Source: Thermoanaerobaculia bacterium | Lineage (GTDB): Bacteria > Acidobacteriota > Thermoanaerobaculia > Multivoradales > UBA5704 | NCBI GenBank assembly: GCA_035996875.1 | Contig: DASYJD010000013.1 | Location: forward strand, 114 to 64,113 | Reading direction: 5' to 3' | Length of the DNA: 64,000 bases | Shown: piece by piece, positions 1 through 9,253 of the stretch | Position numbering within the stretch: position 1 is the first letter of the stretch | How the letters are laid out: the number at the start of each line of letters is the position of its first letter | Notes under the pieces: generated by a model | The model's database searches: none | Told to the model about the DNA's origin: nothing | What the model saw: the letters and a program-made list of their open reading frames with translations, nothing else | Position numbers and translations under genes: made by a program

Positions 1-535
1 TCTCCGTCACCGCCACCGGCGCCACGGCCGCCGGCAACGTAAGGCGGCTCACTCCCTTGCCCACGGCCAGCGGCCCCGTCACCTTGACGGCATAGCGCCC
101 CGGCCCGGGAACGACGAGCTGCAGCTCTCCACTCTTGGCGCCGGCGGTGACTGCGGCCGCGGCGGCCGGGCCGGCGGTGGGAACCGCAACGCCCAGGGTC
201 TTCGTCTCCACCTCCAGGGGGACGCCGGCAATAGGGAGAGACACCGGCCCCTTGGGCTCGCCCTGAACGAGGACCTCGAACTCGGAGGTCACGTCCGCGG
301 TGTCCTCCCGGAGGACGATGCGCAGGCGCTGGGAGACCACCTCGGCCAGCGGCTCCTCGCGCCGAGCCTGCCGCTGGGTGCGCTCACGGTCGAGCCTCTC
401 CACGGTTTCAACCAGCGAAAGGTAATCCTTCAAGGGGAGCATCACCTCCCCCGGACGTGGGCCGTCCGCGGCCCGGAGCACCGGGGACACGGCGATCGAC
501 ATCAATAAGGTCACCGTCAGGACGAGGACTCTCAT
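1..535 (-). CDS. hypothetical secreted protein, N-terminal part only (gene runs off window start)
   Basis: Minus-strand reading frame is open from an ATG (revcomp CAT 533-535) to position 1. N-terminus MRVLVLTVTLLMSIAVSPVLRAADG is signal-peptide-like. Sits 3 nt downstream of the preceding minus-strand gene's stop, suggesting an operon. Confidence 0.4.
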   Translation of the reverse strand, partial: MRVLVLTVTLLMSIAVSPVLRAADGPRPGEVMLPLKDYLSLVETVERLDRERTQRQARREEPLAEVVSQRLRIVLREDTADVTSEFEVLVQGEPKGPVSLPIAGVPLEVETKTLGVAVPTAGPAAAAAVTAGAKSGELQLVVPGPGRYAVKVTGPLAVGKGVSRLTLPAAVAPVAVTE

Positions 536-537
536 CT

Positions 538-2361
538 TCAGAACCATTGTGGTCTCTCCTTCTCCACCTCGGCGCGCAGGACCAGAGGTGCGGGGGTCGC
601 CGAGAGGGCGCTCCAACTGGCGTGGATCTCGGAAAAGCCGGGAGGAGGTGCGAAGAAGGCGGCGACGGAAGCCGGCAGCGGGGAGATGGACAGCGAGGAG
701 TTCACCTGCGCATCCACCTGACGGGCCATGCCGGCGACGGGTTTGCGGGCAGCCGTGCCGGGCGGCGCGGAGATGAGACCGGCGCGGGCGGCGTCGGCCA
801 GCTTGTAGGAGTGGCCGCCAGGGAGGACCACCCGCACCTCGATGCGAGCGGCCGGTGCCGAGAGAGACGGCAGCGGCACCTCCAACGAGCCGTCGTCGCG
901 AGGCAGGGCGAGGCGGAGAAGGCCGCTCAAGTGAACGACCTGTGCCGCTTCCGCCGTGAGGAGAGGGACGGAGAGGCCGCCGCCGGCCGCCGTGCCGGGC
1001 GTCACCGCCGCGCCGTCGCGCTGGGCCGCCGCGAGCTCGAAGCCCCCGGGCATGGCGAACGTGAGCTGCTGGGCGCCGCGGTTTCGCACCTCGGCCCAGA
1101 GCTGGTAGGAGGCCCGCCCTGCCTCGCCGATCACCACGTCCACCAGCAGGCGGTCGATCTGGGAAGCGAGCACCTCCGTGCGCTCGGCCCACTCCGCCGT
1201 CCAGCGGGGAGGACGGGCCGCATCGGCCACGGCGTAGAGCTTGCCTTCGGCCGAGCGCAGCGAAGCGGGGAGCCGCGCCGCATCGGCGTCGCCCGCCGAC
1301 CTCAGCGAGCCGGGTTCGGCGAGGCTCAGAAGCCCGTCGCCCTTCAGCACGGCCTTGGCGAAGAACGCCGTGCGGGCGCTGCCCACGGGCACGAGCAGCG
1401 GCGTCTCGAGGGCGTCCTTTGGCTCGCCCGTCAACTCCAGCTCGACGGCGAAGGCGTCCTCGACGGGAGCCTGCGGCGTGACGACCAGCGTCCTGCCGTC
1501 CATCTTCCAGCCGGCTCCCCCTTGTACCGAGGCGACTTCCAGCCCCGTGGGAACTGGCACCCGCAGCTCCGTGAGGCGTCCCTGGGCGACGCGCGCCTCG
1601 ATCCAGCCGAGCACGCGCAGGCGGGTGCGGGAGAGCACCGCGGCGGTGGCGGACGTCGCCTCCCACCTCAGCGGCAGAAGAGCCCGGGCCGGCAGCGTGG
1701 CCCGGCCCGAGAGCGTCCAGTGCGCGTCCGCTCCGGGAACGGCGACGAAGCTCCAGGGCTTTCCGGCCGGCTTGCCTTCCTGGGGACTCATCTGGCCGGC
1801 ACCGTCGATCTCCACCTCCTCCACCGCCGCCGGCACGGCGATTTGCCCACGCACCACGGCGGCCGGCGGCAGCCCCACGCCGAAGCGCCAAGTCGGGCGG
1901 GTGGCCGTCTCGTCGCGGAACACGGGCACGGCGGATTCGAGCCGCACGTCGTGCCGGCCGCGTCCCCGGACGTGCAGGACCCAACCGGTGCCCGAAGCGG
2001 CCGAGGCGTCCACCCGTCCCTCGACGCCCGCGAGATCGGCGTGGATGAACGAGCCCGGATCGCCCAGCGGCACCGTCTGCCACTTGTCGTCGTAGAGCGT
2101 CAGGCGCAACCGCTGCGCCACCCGGGCGCTCACCGGCCCGACGGTGACGTCGAAGTCGGCCAGTTCCAGAGCGAAGGGGGCGGGGGGTGGCGTCAGCGTC
2201 TCCGGCGCCGGATTGGCGCGGGTCCGCAGGTCTTCGTACTGGGGCAGGGGCAGCGTCACCTGCTGCGCTTGGCCCACGCCCGCCAAGCCGAAAATACCGG
2301 CCAGCAGAGTGACCAGCATCAACAGAATGGCGAGTCCCCCGAATCTCTCGGGTCGTCTCAT
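538..2361 (-). CDS. hypothetical secreted/membrane-anchored protein (607 aa)
   Basis: Long ORF with N-terminal hydrophobic signal/anchor (MRRPERFGGLAILLMLVTLLAGIFGLAGVGQAQ) and protein-like composition. No recognisable catalytic motif. Confidence 0.55.
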   Translation of the reverse strand: MRRPERFGGLAILLMLVTLLAGIFGLAGVGQAQQVTLPLPQYEDLRTRANPAPETLTPPPAPFALELADFDVTVGPVSARVAQRLRLTLYDDKWQTVPLGDPGSFIHADLAGVEGRVDASAASGTGWVLHVRGRGRHDVRLESAVPVFRDETATRPTWRFGVGLPPAAVVRGQIAVPAAVEEVEIDGAGQMSPQEGKPAGKPWSFVAVPGADAHWTLSGRATLPARALLPLRWEATSATAAVLSRTRLRVLGWIEARVAQGRLTELRVPVPTGLEVASVQGGAGWKMDGRTLVVTPQAPVEDAFAVELELTGEPKDALETPLLVPVGSARTAFFAKAVLKGDGLLSLAEPGSLRSAGDADAARLPASLRSAEGKLYAVADAARPPRWTAEWAERTEVLASQIDRLLVDVVIGEAGRASYQLWAEVRNRGAQQLTFAMPGGFELAAAQRDGAAVTPGTAAGGGLSVPLLTAEAAQVVHLSGLLRLALPRDDGSLEVPLPSLSAPAARIEVRVVLPGGHSYKLADAARAGLISAPPGTAARKPVAGMARQVDAQVNSSLSISPLPASVAAFFAPPPGFSEIHASWSALSATPAPLVLRAEVEKERPQWF

Positions 2362-2571
2362 GGTCGTTCCTCCTTAGAACCTTAGACGCAGTCTAGGAGG
2401 AAAAGAACACCACCCCGAAGAAACGGGCGTTCGGCCCCGCGGGGTAGCGGGTGGTCCCGGAGATTGGGGGCAGGACGATCCGGACGTTGGCGGGACTCGG
2501 AGATTTCCGTGCCGGCGATGGCCCCCATCACCCTCGATCCATTGAGCCATCGGATTTTGACCCGTCGGCTG

Positions 2572-2754
2572 CCACTGTAGAGACGCCCCACGGGGAACCC
2601 CGTGGGGCGTCTCATTCGAAGCGTCGGCCTCTCCGTTTTCCGGAACAGTCTGGGGCGGTCTTTTCGTCGGTCTTCAGATCTTCCTGCCGGCTGTGAGGTC
2701 GTTGCCTTCGAGGAGACGCCCCGCGGGGTTCCCCGCGAGGCGTCTCTACAGTGG
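2572..2754. repeat. pair of ~42-bp palindromic hairpin elements in inverted orientation (GAGACGCCCCACGGGG-AA-CCCCGTGGGGCGTCTC and its near reverse complement), 100 bp apart
   Basis: Perfect 16-bp stem palindromes at ~2580-2614 and ~2713-2746, with matching CTGTAGAGACG / CGTCTCTACAG flanks. Located in the upstream region of the 538..2361 gene. Confidence 0.6.
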
Positions 2755-2860
2755 CCGGCAGAGGTAATGAGATTTCCGCCAACTCGGCAAACCGCTCCCT
2801 CTTCTCCCGGCGGGCTGGGTAACGACGCAGCAACAGCAACGCAACCATCTTGGAGCAATG

Positions 2861-3040
2861 CTCCGGCTTAAGCAGCCGTTGCTCCGGCTTGAGCAGTCGT
2901 TGCTCTGGCTTGAGCAGCCATTGCTCCGGCTTGAGCAGCCATTGCTCCGGCTTGAGCAGTCATTGCTCCGGCTTGAGCAGTCGTTGCTCTAGCTTGAGCA
3001 GCCGTTGCTCCGGCTTAAGCAGCCGTTGCTCCCGCTTGAG
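2861..3040. repeat. 21-bp tandem repeat array, ~8.5 copies (unit CTCCGGCTTGAGCAGCCGTTG)
   Basis: Direct head-to-tail copies with point variants and no spacers, so not CRISPR. The same unit recurs as its reverse complement at 21649-21860. Confidence 0.85.
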
Positions 3041-3043
3041 TCT

Positions 3044-3721
3044 TCACCCCGCCTTCGCCGAGCGCCGCTCGGCCATCTTGAGGATGTAGCTCGCGGCGTC
3101 CGGCGTCTTGCAGCCGGTGTCGCCGTGGTCCACCTTCACCTTGCCGATGCGGCCGGCGGCGGCGAGGGCCTTCTTCTGCAGCGCCGGCTTCCTGCCGCCG
3201 ATAGAGATGAGGGCACCGTTCATCTGATGGCGCACCCGGTTCTGGCTGCCGTGGAGATCGCGCTCGATGCGGGCGAGGGCCTCCTCGGCTTCGGCGTCGG
3301 AGAGCTCGCCCTCCGCGACGAGGTGGGAGAGGACGGTCCAGCCGGCCGAGGCGGTCAGCTCCACCGGGGACTCGATCCACCGCTCCATCGCCTCCCGCGC
3401 CACCGAGGACTTCACCGCGAGACCGGCCAGATATCCCGTCTCGATGTAGTTGGCGAGGCTCGCCGCCCAGGCGTCGAGGGTCGCGCCGTCGAGCTTCTTC
3501 GGGTCGGCGACCATCGTCGCCAGGATACGGGCCTCGTGGTTGCCGGAGGCCCACAGCTCTCCCGCCAGCGCGTGGTCTTGTTTGATCTTCTTCCGGAGGC
3601 TCGTGAGGTCCGGCGTGCTGACACCGTAGCAATCCTCGCCCGCGCCATGCCGCCGGTAGGTCTTCCGCGTCTGCTCCTTGCCGGCTGACTTCAGAGAATC
3701 GAGGGTCTGTTGGAGGTTCAT
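3044..3721 (-). CDS. DNA alkylation repair enzyme (AlkD-like HEAT-repeat protein)
   Basis: 225-aa product resembles the DNA alkylation repair (AlkC/AlkD-like) family in size and repeat character, e.g. GELWASGNHEARILATMVADP. Confidence 0.65.
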   Translation of the reverse strand: MNLQQTLDSLKSAGKEQTRKTYRRHGAGEDCYGVSTPDLTSLRKKIKQDHALAGELWASGNHEARILATMVADPKKLDGATLDAWAASLANYIETGYLAGLAVKSSVAREAMERWIESPVELTASAGWTVLSHLVAEGELSDAEAEEALARIERDLHGSQNRVRHQMNGALISIGGRKPALQKKALAAAGRIGKVKVDHGDTGCKTPDAASYILKMAERRSAKAG

Positions 3722-3737
3722 GCCTCGATTCTATCTC

Positions 3738-6482
3738 TCACTCGTCCTCGCTCGCGTTGTCGTACCGTACCAGCGCCACCTTCCAGATTCCCGGCGCCTC
3801 GGTGACGCCCCACTGCCAGACGTCGTGGTCGAACTGCGCGGTCGTGGTGCCGAGAGTGGCGATGGCCTGATCGGTGGTTTTGCCGGCGTTGAAGGCGTCG
3901 AGGAGGCGGTGGATGCCCGCGCGGCCGTAGCGGTGCTCGACGTAATGAAGGGTCCAGCGCGACTCGTCGTAGCCAATGGCGATGAGCGCCGGCGAGAGGC
4001 TGCCGATGGCGGGCTCCAGCAGCGGGAAGCCGAGCAGATTGCTCTTGTCGCGGTAACCCTGGATGGGATTTACATTCTCCTGCACCATCTCGACGTGCTG
4101 TGCCAAGCCCTCCTGGAACCAGTGCGGTGCCCGGTCGCCCGTCCGCTCGGCGATCATGGCGTGGGCCAGCTCGTGGGTGAGGATGCTGACGACGAACGGC
4201 ACGAACCTCGGGGCATCGCCCAGCGGCACGCGGATCTTGCCGTCGTAAAGCCCGAGGATGTCGAGCCCCGGCGAGTAGCCGGCCTGAAAGTCGTCGAAAT
4301 GCAGGATGTGGACCTCGGTGGATTTGGACGAGCTGAGGGGAATCCACGCTTGCAGGCGGCTGCGCTCGGCCTCCAGAATGCGGGCCGCGTCTTTGGCGAA
4401 AGCCTCTCCGCGCAACGGCGGATAGTGGATCTCGAAGTGCGGGCTGCGATAGATCTCGGAGGAGACCGCCAGGCGCTTCTCCATCTGGATCTGCCGGATC
4501 CGCGCGTCGCCTGCCTCGAAGGGAAGCTCCGAGTTGGCCTTGGCCACGAGCTTGAGGGCCGTATCGAAATTCCCCTCGGCGGCCAGCAGATCGGCAAGCT
4601 GGTAGAGCGTCTCGGGGTCCATCCGCTGGCCGGCCTTGTCGCCCTGGACCACCCGCACGAGCAGATCGCGCGCCTCCTTCTCGCGCCCCGCTCGCCGCAG
4701 GGCCTCGGCGCGGAGCCGCAGGAGCCCGGAAGGCAGGCTCGCGACCTCCTGAGAGAGGCTCTCGGTCAGCGTCAGCACCTCGCCCCACCGTTGCCTTCCG
4801 GCCAGGGCTTCCGCGGTGCCCTCCGTCTGGCGCCGTAGAGACGGCTGGGCGAGGGCGCCCGGAGTGCGGGCCGCCGCCTGGAGCGCCGGCAGGCCGGCCA
4901 GCAGCTTCTCCTCCCGCTCGTCGTTCCAGAGGCCGGCATAGTCGACTCTCGTGCCCGGCGGCGCCAGGTCGCAGCCTCCGGGCACTCGCAGCTCTGCCGG
5001 GCCGCGGGTCAGCCGCAGCGTCTGGCCGAGCAGGCGCGCCTCGAAGCCGGCCGGCGGCGACAAGGCGCGGCTGGAGGCTCCCGCGCAGGCCACCACGGGA
5101 TCCGTGGCCGACTCCAGATGCACGAGCCGCCGGATCTGGGCGTCCTGGAACAGGGCGAGCAGCGCCGGCCGGTCCATCACCTCCGAACGTGCGATCGGCT
5201 GCAACTGCCAGGCGATGCGGAAGAGCTCCTCCGCCTCCGCCAACCGATGGTCCCGCACCGCCGTCTCCGCCAGCTCGAGATAGGTGTCCGCCCGCCGCGA
5301 TCCGAGCTCCTGGAGCTGGCGCAGGAACGCCAGGGCGTGACCGCGAAATCCCAGCACCAGGAAGGCCTGGGCGCTTTCCGCCAACAGCCCCTCCTGCGGC
5401 GCTCCCACCGTGGCGGCCCGCTGGTAGGCGGTGGCCGTAGGCAGCTCCTGGAGACGCAGGAACGCCAAGCGGGCCCGCAGCAGCTCGGCCAGCGGAAACC
5501 GTCCCGGCGACGGGAAGCCGGCGAGAAGGCCGTCGACGCCATGGAAGTCCATGCGCCCGAGGAGGTGCTGCGTCCACCAAAGGCTGGCGACGCGCCCGGC
5601 CGTGCCGGGGCCGTGCATGGCGGTCGGCGCCGCCTCCGGCACGGTCCCTCCCGGCTGGGTGAGCGCTTGGCGCAGCGGCAACAGCGAACGCAGCTCGGCG
5701 AAATCCGGTTCTCCGCCGCCCTTCGTTGCGCCGGACGCGCCGGCAGCGCCCCGAGACGCCAGCACCCGCGGCAGGAACACCATCGCCAGCGCTCCGGCCA
5801 CCACCAGCGCTCCGGCGATCCCCAGCCCGAGGGCGACGCCTCGCCGCGGCCGCTGATCCCAGGCCGCCAGCAGAAGGACCAGGCCGATTCCGACGATCCC
5901 ACCGATCATCCACAAGGGCAGCATGCCGAACCGGTGGGCCGTGGCCGCCCGCTTGGCCTCCGGTCCCTCGGGCGATCCGGCGGCGGACGTCACGGATGTC
6001 GCGGACATCGCGGCGCTCGCGGCGCTCGCGGCCACAGGCTCGGCGGAGATCCGCAGCGAGTCGATCTTCCACCCTCCGCCCTCCATCACGAGGCCGAGGA
6101 TCAGGGTGTCGTCGAGCCCCGAAGGGAACTGGAGAGCGAAGACGGCGCCCGAAGCGGAGAGCTCGGGAGCGGCGGCCTGGAGCTCCCACTGCGCCTCGGC
6201 GGGCGAGCCGGCCCGCACCTCGATCTCGGCCAGCGCGGCGTCGCGCCCCAGCCGGCGCAGAGGCGAGGTGCGCGACAGGTGATCCCACCAGGCGGCGGGG
6301 CCCCGCTCCAGGTACTCGGCGGCGAAGACGACGCCCTGCCGCTCGGCGTCGCTGAGCGGCCGCGGTCCGGCGGGTGCCGGAGCCGCGAGGGCGGAGCCGG
6401 CGGCGGTCATCGCACAGAGGAGAGCTGCGGCAACGGCGGCTCGCGTCGTGAGCATCGGTTCGGTTCCTTCCTCGAAATGCAA
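3738..6482 (-). CDS. large membrane protein with TPR-like repeats and C-terminal HExxH zinc-metallopeptidase-like domain
   Basis: 914 aa. N-terminal signal sequence, two internal TM helices (LPLWMIGGIVGIGLVLLLAAW ... LGLGIAGALVVAGALAMVFL), helical repeat region, and a C-terminal SILTHELAHAMIAERTG motif (HExxH). Confidence 0.6.
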   Translation of the reverse strand: MHFEEGTEPMLTTRAAVAAALLCAMTAAGSALAAPAPAGPRPLSDAERQGVVFAAEYLERGPAAWWDHLSRTSPLRRLGRDAALAEIEVRAGSPAEAQWELQAAAPELSASGAVFALQFPSGLDDTLILGLVMEGGGWKIDSLRISAEPVAASAASAAMSATSVTSAAGSPEGPEAKRAATAHRFGMLPLWMIGGIVGIGLVLLLAAWDQRPRRGVALGLGIAGALVVAGALAMVFLPRVLASRGAAGASGATKGGGEPDFAELRSLLPLRQALTQPGGTVPEAAPTAMHGPGTAGRVASLWWTQHLLGRMDFHGVDGLLAGFPSPGRFPLAELLRARLAFLRLQELPTATAYQRAATVGAPQEGLLAESAQAFLVLGFRGHALAFLRQLQELGSRRADTYLELAETAVRDHRLAEAEELFRIAWQLQPIARSEVMDRPALLALFQDAQIRRLVHLESATDPVVACAGASSRALSPPAGFEARLLGQTLRLTRGPAELRVPGGCDLAPPGTRVDYAGLWNDEREEKLLAGLPALQAAARTPGALAQPSLRRQTEGTAEALAGRQRWGEVLTLTESLSQEVASLPSGLLRLRAEALRRAGREKEARDLLVRVVQGDKAGQRMDPETLYQLADLLAAEGNFDTALKLVAKANSELPFEAGDARIRQIQMEKRLAVSSEIYRSPHFEIHYPPLRGEAFAKDAARILEAERSRLQAWIPLSSSKSTEVHILHFDDFQAGYSPGLDILGLYDGKIRVPLGDAPRFVPFVVSILTHELAHAMIAERTGDRAPHWFQEGLAQHVEMVQENVNPIQGYRDKSNLLGFPLLEPAIGSLSPALIAIGYDESRWTLHYVEHRYGRAGIHRLLDAFNAGKTTDQAIATLGTTTAQFDHDVWQWGVTEAPGIWKVALVRYDNASEDE

Positions 6483-6540
6483 TCGGGACTGGGGTCATTA
6501 TAAGATCAACGGCTCACACGAGTGCCTAGGAGGTGAGGAC

Positions 6541-7791
6541 ATGCGACGGAAGCTTCCGCCGGGACTGGCGATTACGCTGCTGGCATTCGCCATGGGTTGT
6601 GGCCGGGATGGCGGCAAGGCGCCGGCCGTCCTGCAGACGACGCCCGAGGCCATTTTCCTCATCCAGGACAACGAGGCGCGCTGCGTCAAGATCGGCCAAG
6701 CCCTCTCCCGGCGCCTGACCCAGGCCGAGGAGGAGATCGCCGACAGGGCGCGGGAGTCGTACAGAGCGGCCAGGAGACCCACGCGTGTGGAGTGGGATCC
6801 CCGCACCGGAAGGGTCTCCAACCCTCAGACCGTGGAGCCGACCTACCCGCCGGAAGAGCCCACGCCTCCCGTTCAGCCCTCGGAAGCCTTCAATCGATAT
6901 CTGGCCGAGGATGCCGTCGGAGAGCTGGCGGCGGTGGACACGGCCAAGGGCGAAATCCAGGATCTGCTCTCGAAGGTCAAAACCGAGGCACCGGCCGACC
7001 TTGCCGGTGCCGTGGCGGCGCTTTCCGGAGCTCACGAGCAGGTGTGCATCGCCATCCGGCGGTCGGCGTGGAGCTCGGCGCAGTATCGAAGGACTCTCGA
7101 GGTCACCGAGGACGCCTACAGGGCCGCCGAGGAGAAGCTGCGCCCCTTGTACACGGTCAGCGAGATGGACTCACAATTCGCCCTCCGCAAGTACGGCCCG
7201 CTCCTGGAGGAGGCCCGAACCGCCGCCCGCAACCGGAACCGCCCCGCCGCGGCCCAGCCTGTCAAGGATTACGAGCGCGACCAGCGGGAGTGGAAGGCGA
7301 CCCAGGAGATCCAAGCCCAGGAGCAGACCGAGCATGAAGTGGCCCTCAAGAAATATTACGTCAAGCGGGACGGGCCCCTGCAGGGGGCGCCGAGGCTGGG
7401 GGTCGTGATCAAGCCCACGCCATCTCCGGAGGAGCGGGCGCAGTCGATGAAGGTCTGGTACCCGCGCTACACGGCCAAGGTCGGCGGGGTCAAGACGGCG
7501 CTCTCCGCGTACCTCCAGTTGCGCAAGGCCGGAGTCACCGGCGAGTCGCTGTTCCAGTCCTGCGAGGCGTTGATGGCCGCCGACGTTCCCCTCCTGAACG
7601 ACCCTGTCGCGCTGGAGCCGCCGGACCCACAGGCCGCGGAGCCCCTGCGCGCCGCGTTCAGCGAGCTGCAGGCCCTGGCCCAAGCCTGCCACGACGGCCA
7701 AACCGCCGAGACCCTCATCCGTCTCGACGCCTTCGAGCGCACTCTCGCGCTGGCGGCCACGGCCCTGCGCCCCTATTCGCTGGCGCCGTAG
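6541..7791 (+). CDS. hypothetical lipoprotein
   Basis: Start MRRKLPPGLAITLLAFAMGCG has a lipobox (LAFAMGC) and is preceded by AGGAGGTGAGGAC. Coiled-coil-rich and proline-rich product. Confidence 0.6.
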   Translation: MRRKLPPGLAITLLAFAMGCGRDGGKAPAVLQTTPEAIFLIQDNEARCVKIGQALSRRLTQAEEEIADRARESYRAARRPTRVEWDPRTGRVSNPQTVEPTYPPEEPTPPVQPSEAFNRYLAEDAVGELAAVDTAKGEIQDLLSKVKTEAPADLAGAVAALSGAHEQVCIAIRRSAWSSAQYRRTLEVTEDAYRAAEEKLRPLYTVSEMDSQFALRKYGPLLEEARTAARNRNRPAAAQPVKDYERDQREWKATQEIQAQEQTEHEVALKKYYVKRDGPLQGAPRLGVVIKPTPSPEERAQSMKVWYPRYTAKVGGVKTALSAYLQLRKAGVTGESLFQSCEALMAADVPLLNDPVALEPPDPQAAEPLRAAFSELQALAQACHDGQTAETLIRLDAFERTLALAATALRPYSLAP

Positions 7792-7823
7792 TTTTATTTG
7801 TCAGATCGCTATCCGAGCCGGGA

Positions 7824-8149
7824 GAAGACCCTCATCACCCCGGCCCTCTTCTCCCATCGCCCTCCCCCCAACCGGGAGACGAGGGAGCAAGGCAAAAACG
7901 CCCCAGGGGTACCCCTCTCCCGGCATAGGCGCTAACTTAACTTGGTCTTGGAGCTTCCCCCACCCAAGACCCTCATCACCCCAGCCCTCTTCTCCCATCG
8001 CCCTCCCCCCAACCGGGAGAAGAGGGAGCAAGGCAAAAACGCCCCAGGGGTACCCCTCTCCCGGTGAGGGGGGGTTGGGAGGGGGCGGGAGAGGGGCAGG
8101 GGTGAGGGTCTTGGGCGGGGGAACCTCCCAGACCACGTTAAGTTAGCGC
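7824..8149. repeat. MITE-like composite repeat: ~97-bp direct repeat x2 plus terminal inverted repeats (GCGCTAACTTAAC...GGTCTTGG / CCAAGACC...GTTAAGTTAGCGC)
   Basis: Two near-identical copies (7826-7922, 7966-8063) and an imperfect complementary G-rich arm (8064-8130). Lies in the convergent intergenic region between the lipoprotein gene and cutA. Confidence 0.5.
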
Positions 8150-8168
8150 ATATGGGGGGAGACCCCCC

Positions 8169-8540
8169 TCAGTCCTCGTAGGCGATCTCTTCGTCTTCCT
8201 CGTCCTCGTCGGCAAAGTCGGCATTCTTGTCGACGCTGCCGGCGAGCCAGTCGAGGAAGCCCTGCTCGCCGCGGGCGACGCCGAAGGAGAGAATCTCGGG
8301 GAGCTCGTAGCTGTGCAGCTCACGGATCGTGGCCGCGACCGCCTCGAATTCCCCCTCCAAGGTCTTGACCAGCAGGAGCAACTCGCCGTCCTTGCAGATC
8401 TTCCCCTTCCAGCGGTAGATCGAACGCATCCCTGGCAGGATATTGACGCAGGCGGCCTGCCGGCGGGCAACGATCTCACGCGCGATCAAATTGGCCTGCT
8501 CTTCGGTTCCGACGGTGGTGACGATGACAATTGCCCCCAT
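8169..8540 (-). CDS. cutA: divalent-cation tolerance protein CutA
   Basis: 123-aa product with the characteristic CutA1 core (IVIVTTVGTEEQANLIAREIVARRQAACVNILPGMRSIYRWKGKI). Confidence 0.85.
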   Translation of the reverse strand: MGAIVIVTTVGTEEQANLIAREIVARRQAACVNILPGMRSIYRWKGKICKDGELLLLVKTLEGEFEAVAATIRELHSYELPEILSFGVARGEQGFLDWLAGSVDKNADFADEDEEDEEIAYED

Positions 8541-8573
8541 GCCGGCGACGTTACTGCACTCGTTTGGAGGGAG

Positions 8574-9185
8574 TCAATCGCGCCACGTCTGCGTTTTGGC
8601 GTCGTACTGAAGCACGTTCACCTTGCCCGTGCGGTCGGACAGCCTCACGACCACCAGGTGCCCGCTGCCGTTGCGCAGGTAGACCGAGCCCGGCGTCGCG
8701 GTGCCGAGCGGGCTGAACGAAGCCAGGTCGGAATCGTTGAAACGGATCGGGTCGTCCAGACGGTCCATCTTCTTGCCGGTGCTGGGATCCCGCGGTGGCG
8801 GCCCCGGCGGGAAACCGAAACCCACGTCGCGGCCCAGGAACTTGAGGCTCTGGGGAGGCATCACCAAGCGGTCCCTTCCGCTGGCGATGTCCTTGTTGAG
8901 GACGCCGTTGCCGTTGCCGTCCCGATAGAGGGCGAAGGTGACGACGCCGTTCGGCTCGGTGTTGAACTTCACCGCCACGTTGGCGTCGTACCGCTGGGCG
9001 AAGCTGCGCGAGCTGCGCAGCACGCCGACGATCTCGCCGGCCGCCATGCGCAGGCGCAAGTCGTCCGAGGTCCGCAGGAGCGGCGGCACTCCCAGAGTCA
9101 GAAGCGTACCCATCAACGCCATCACGACGAGCAGCTCGATCAAGGTGAAGCCCCTATGCAAGAGAATTCTCTGCGCGGGAGTCAT
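8574..9185 (-). CDS. prepilin-type N-terminal cleavage/methylation domain protein (type IV pilin / pseudopilin-like)
   Basis: N-terminus RGFTLIELLVVMALMGTLLTLG is the classic class III signal/methylation motif. Confidence 0.8.
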   Translation of the reverse strand: MTPAQRILLHRGFTLIELLVVMALMGTLLTLGVPPLLRTSDDLRLRMAAGEIVGVLRSSRSFAQRYDANVAVKFNTEPNGVVTFALYRDGNGNGVLNKDIASGRDRLVMPPQSLKFLGRDVGFGFPPGPPPRDPSTGKKMDRLDDPIRFNDSDLASFSPLGTATPGSVYLRNGSGHLVVVRLSDRTGKVNVLQYDAKTQTWRD

Positions 9186-9253
9186 GGCCGGTCTCTGAAG
9201 GCGGAAAGGCGGGAGGCGGGGAGGTAGGGGCTCCCCGCCTCGGGCGCCTGCTG

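Noticed and set aside
2861-3040. Possible CRISPR array
   Set aside because: Units are contiguous with no spacers. The period of 21 bp is too short. No cas genes in the window.
2850-3089. ORF translating to CSGLSSRCSGLSS... repeats, and the 5' extension of the 21109..21882 ORF translating to LLRLEQPLLRLEQ
   Set aside because: Both are translations of the 21-bp tandem repeat arrays. Periodic peptide from a DNA repeat, no start context. Treated as non-coding repeats.
3718-6498. 926-aa minus-strand ORF overlapping the TPR/HExxH gene in another frame
   Set aside because: Arg/Gly/Ala/Pro-dominated low-complexity translation typical of an off-frame high-GC artefact. The 3738..6482 frame has a signal peptide, TM helices and an HExxH motif.
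5118-6503. 461-aa plus-strand ORF and other 100-200-aa ORFs within 4.9-6.4 kb
   Set aside because: Lie inside and opposite the 914-aa TPR/HExxH gene. Arg/Pro/Gly-rich translations.
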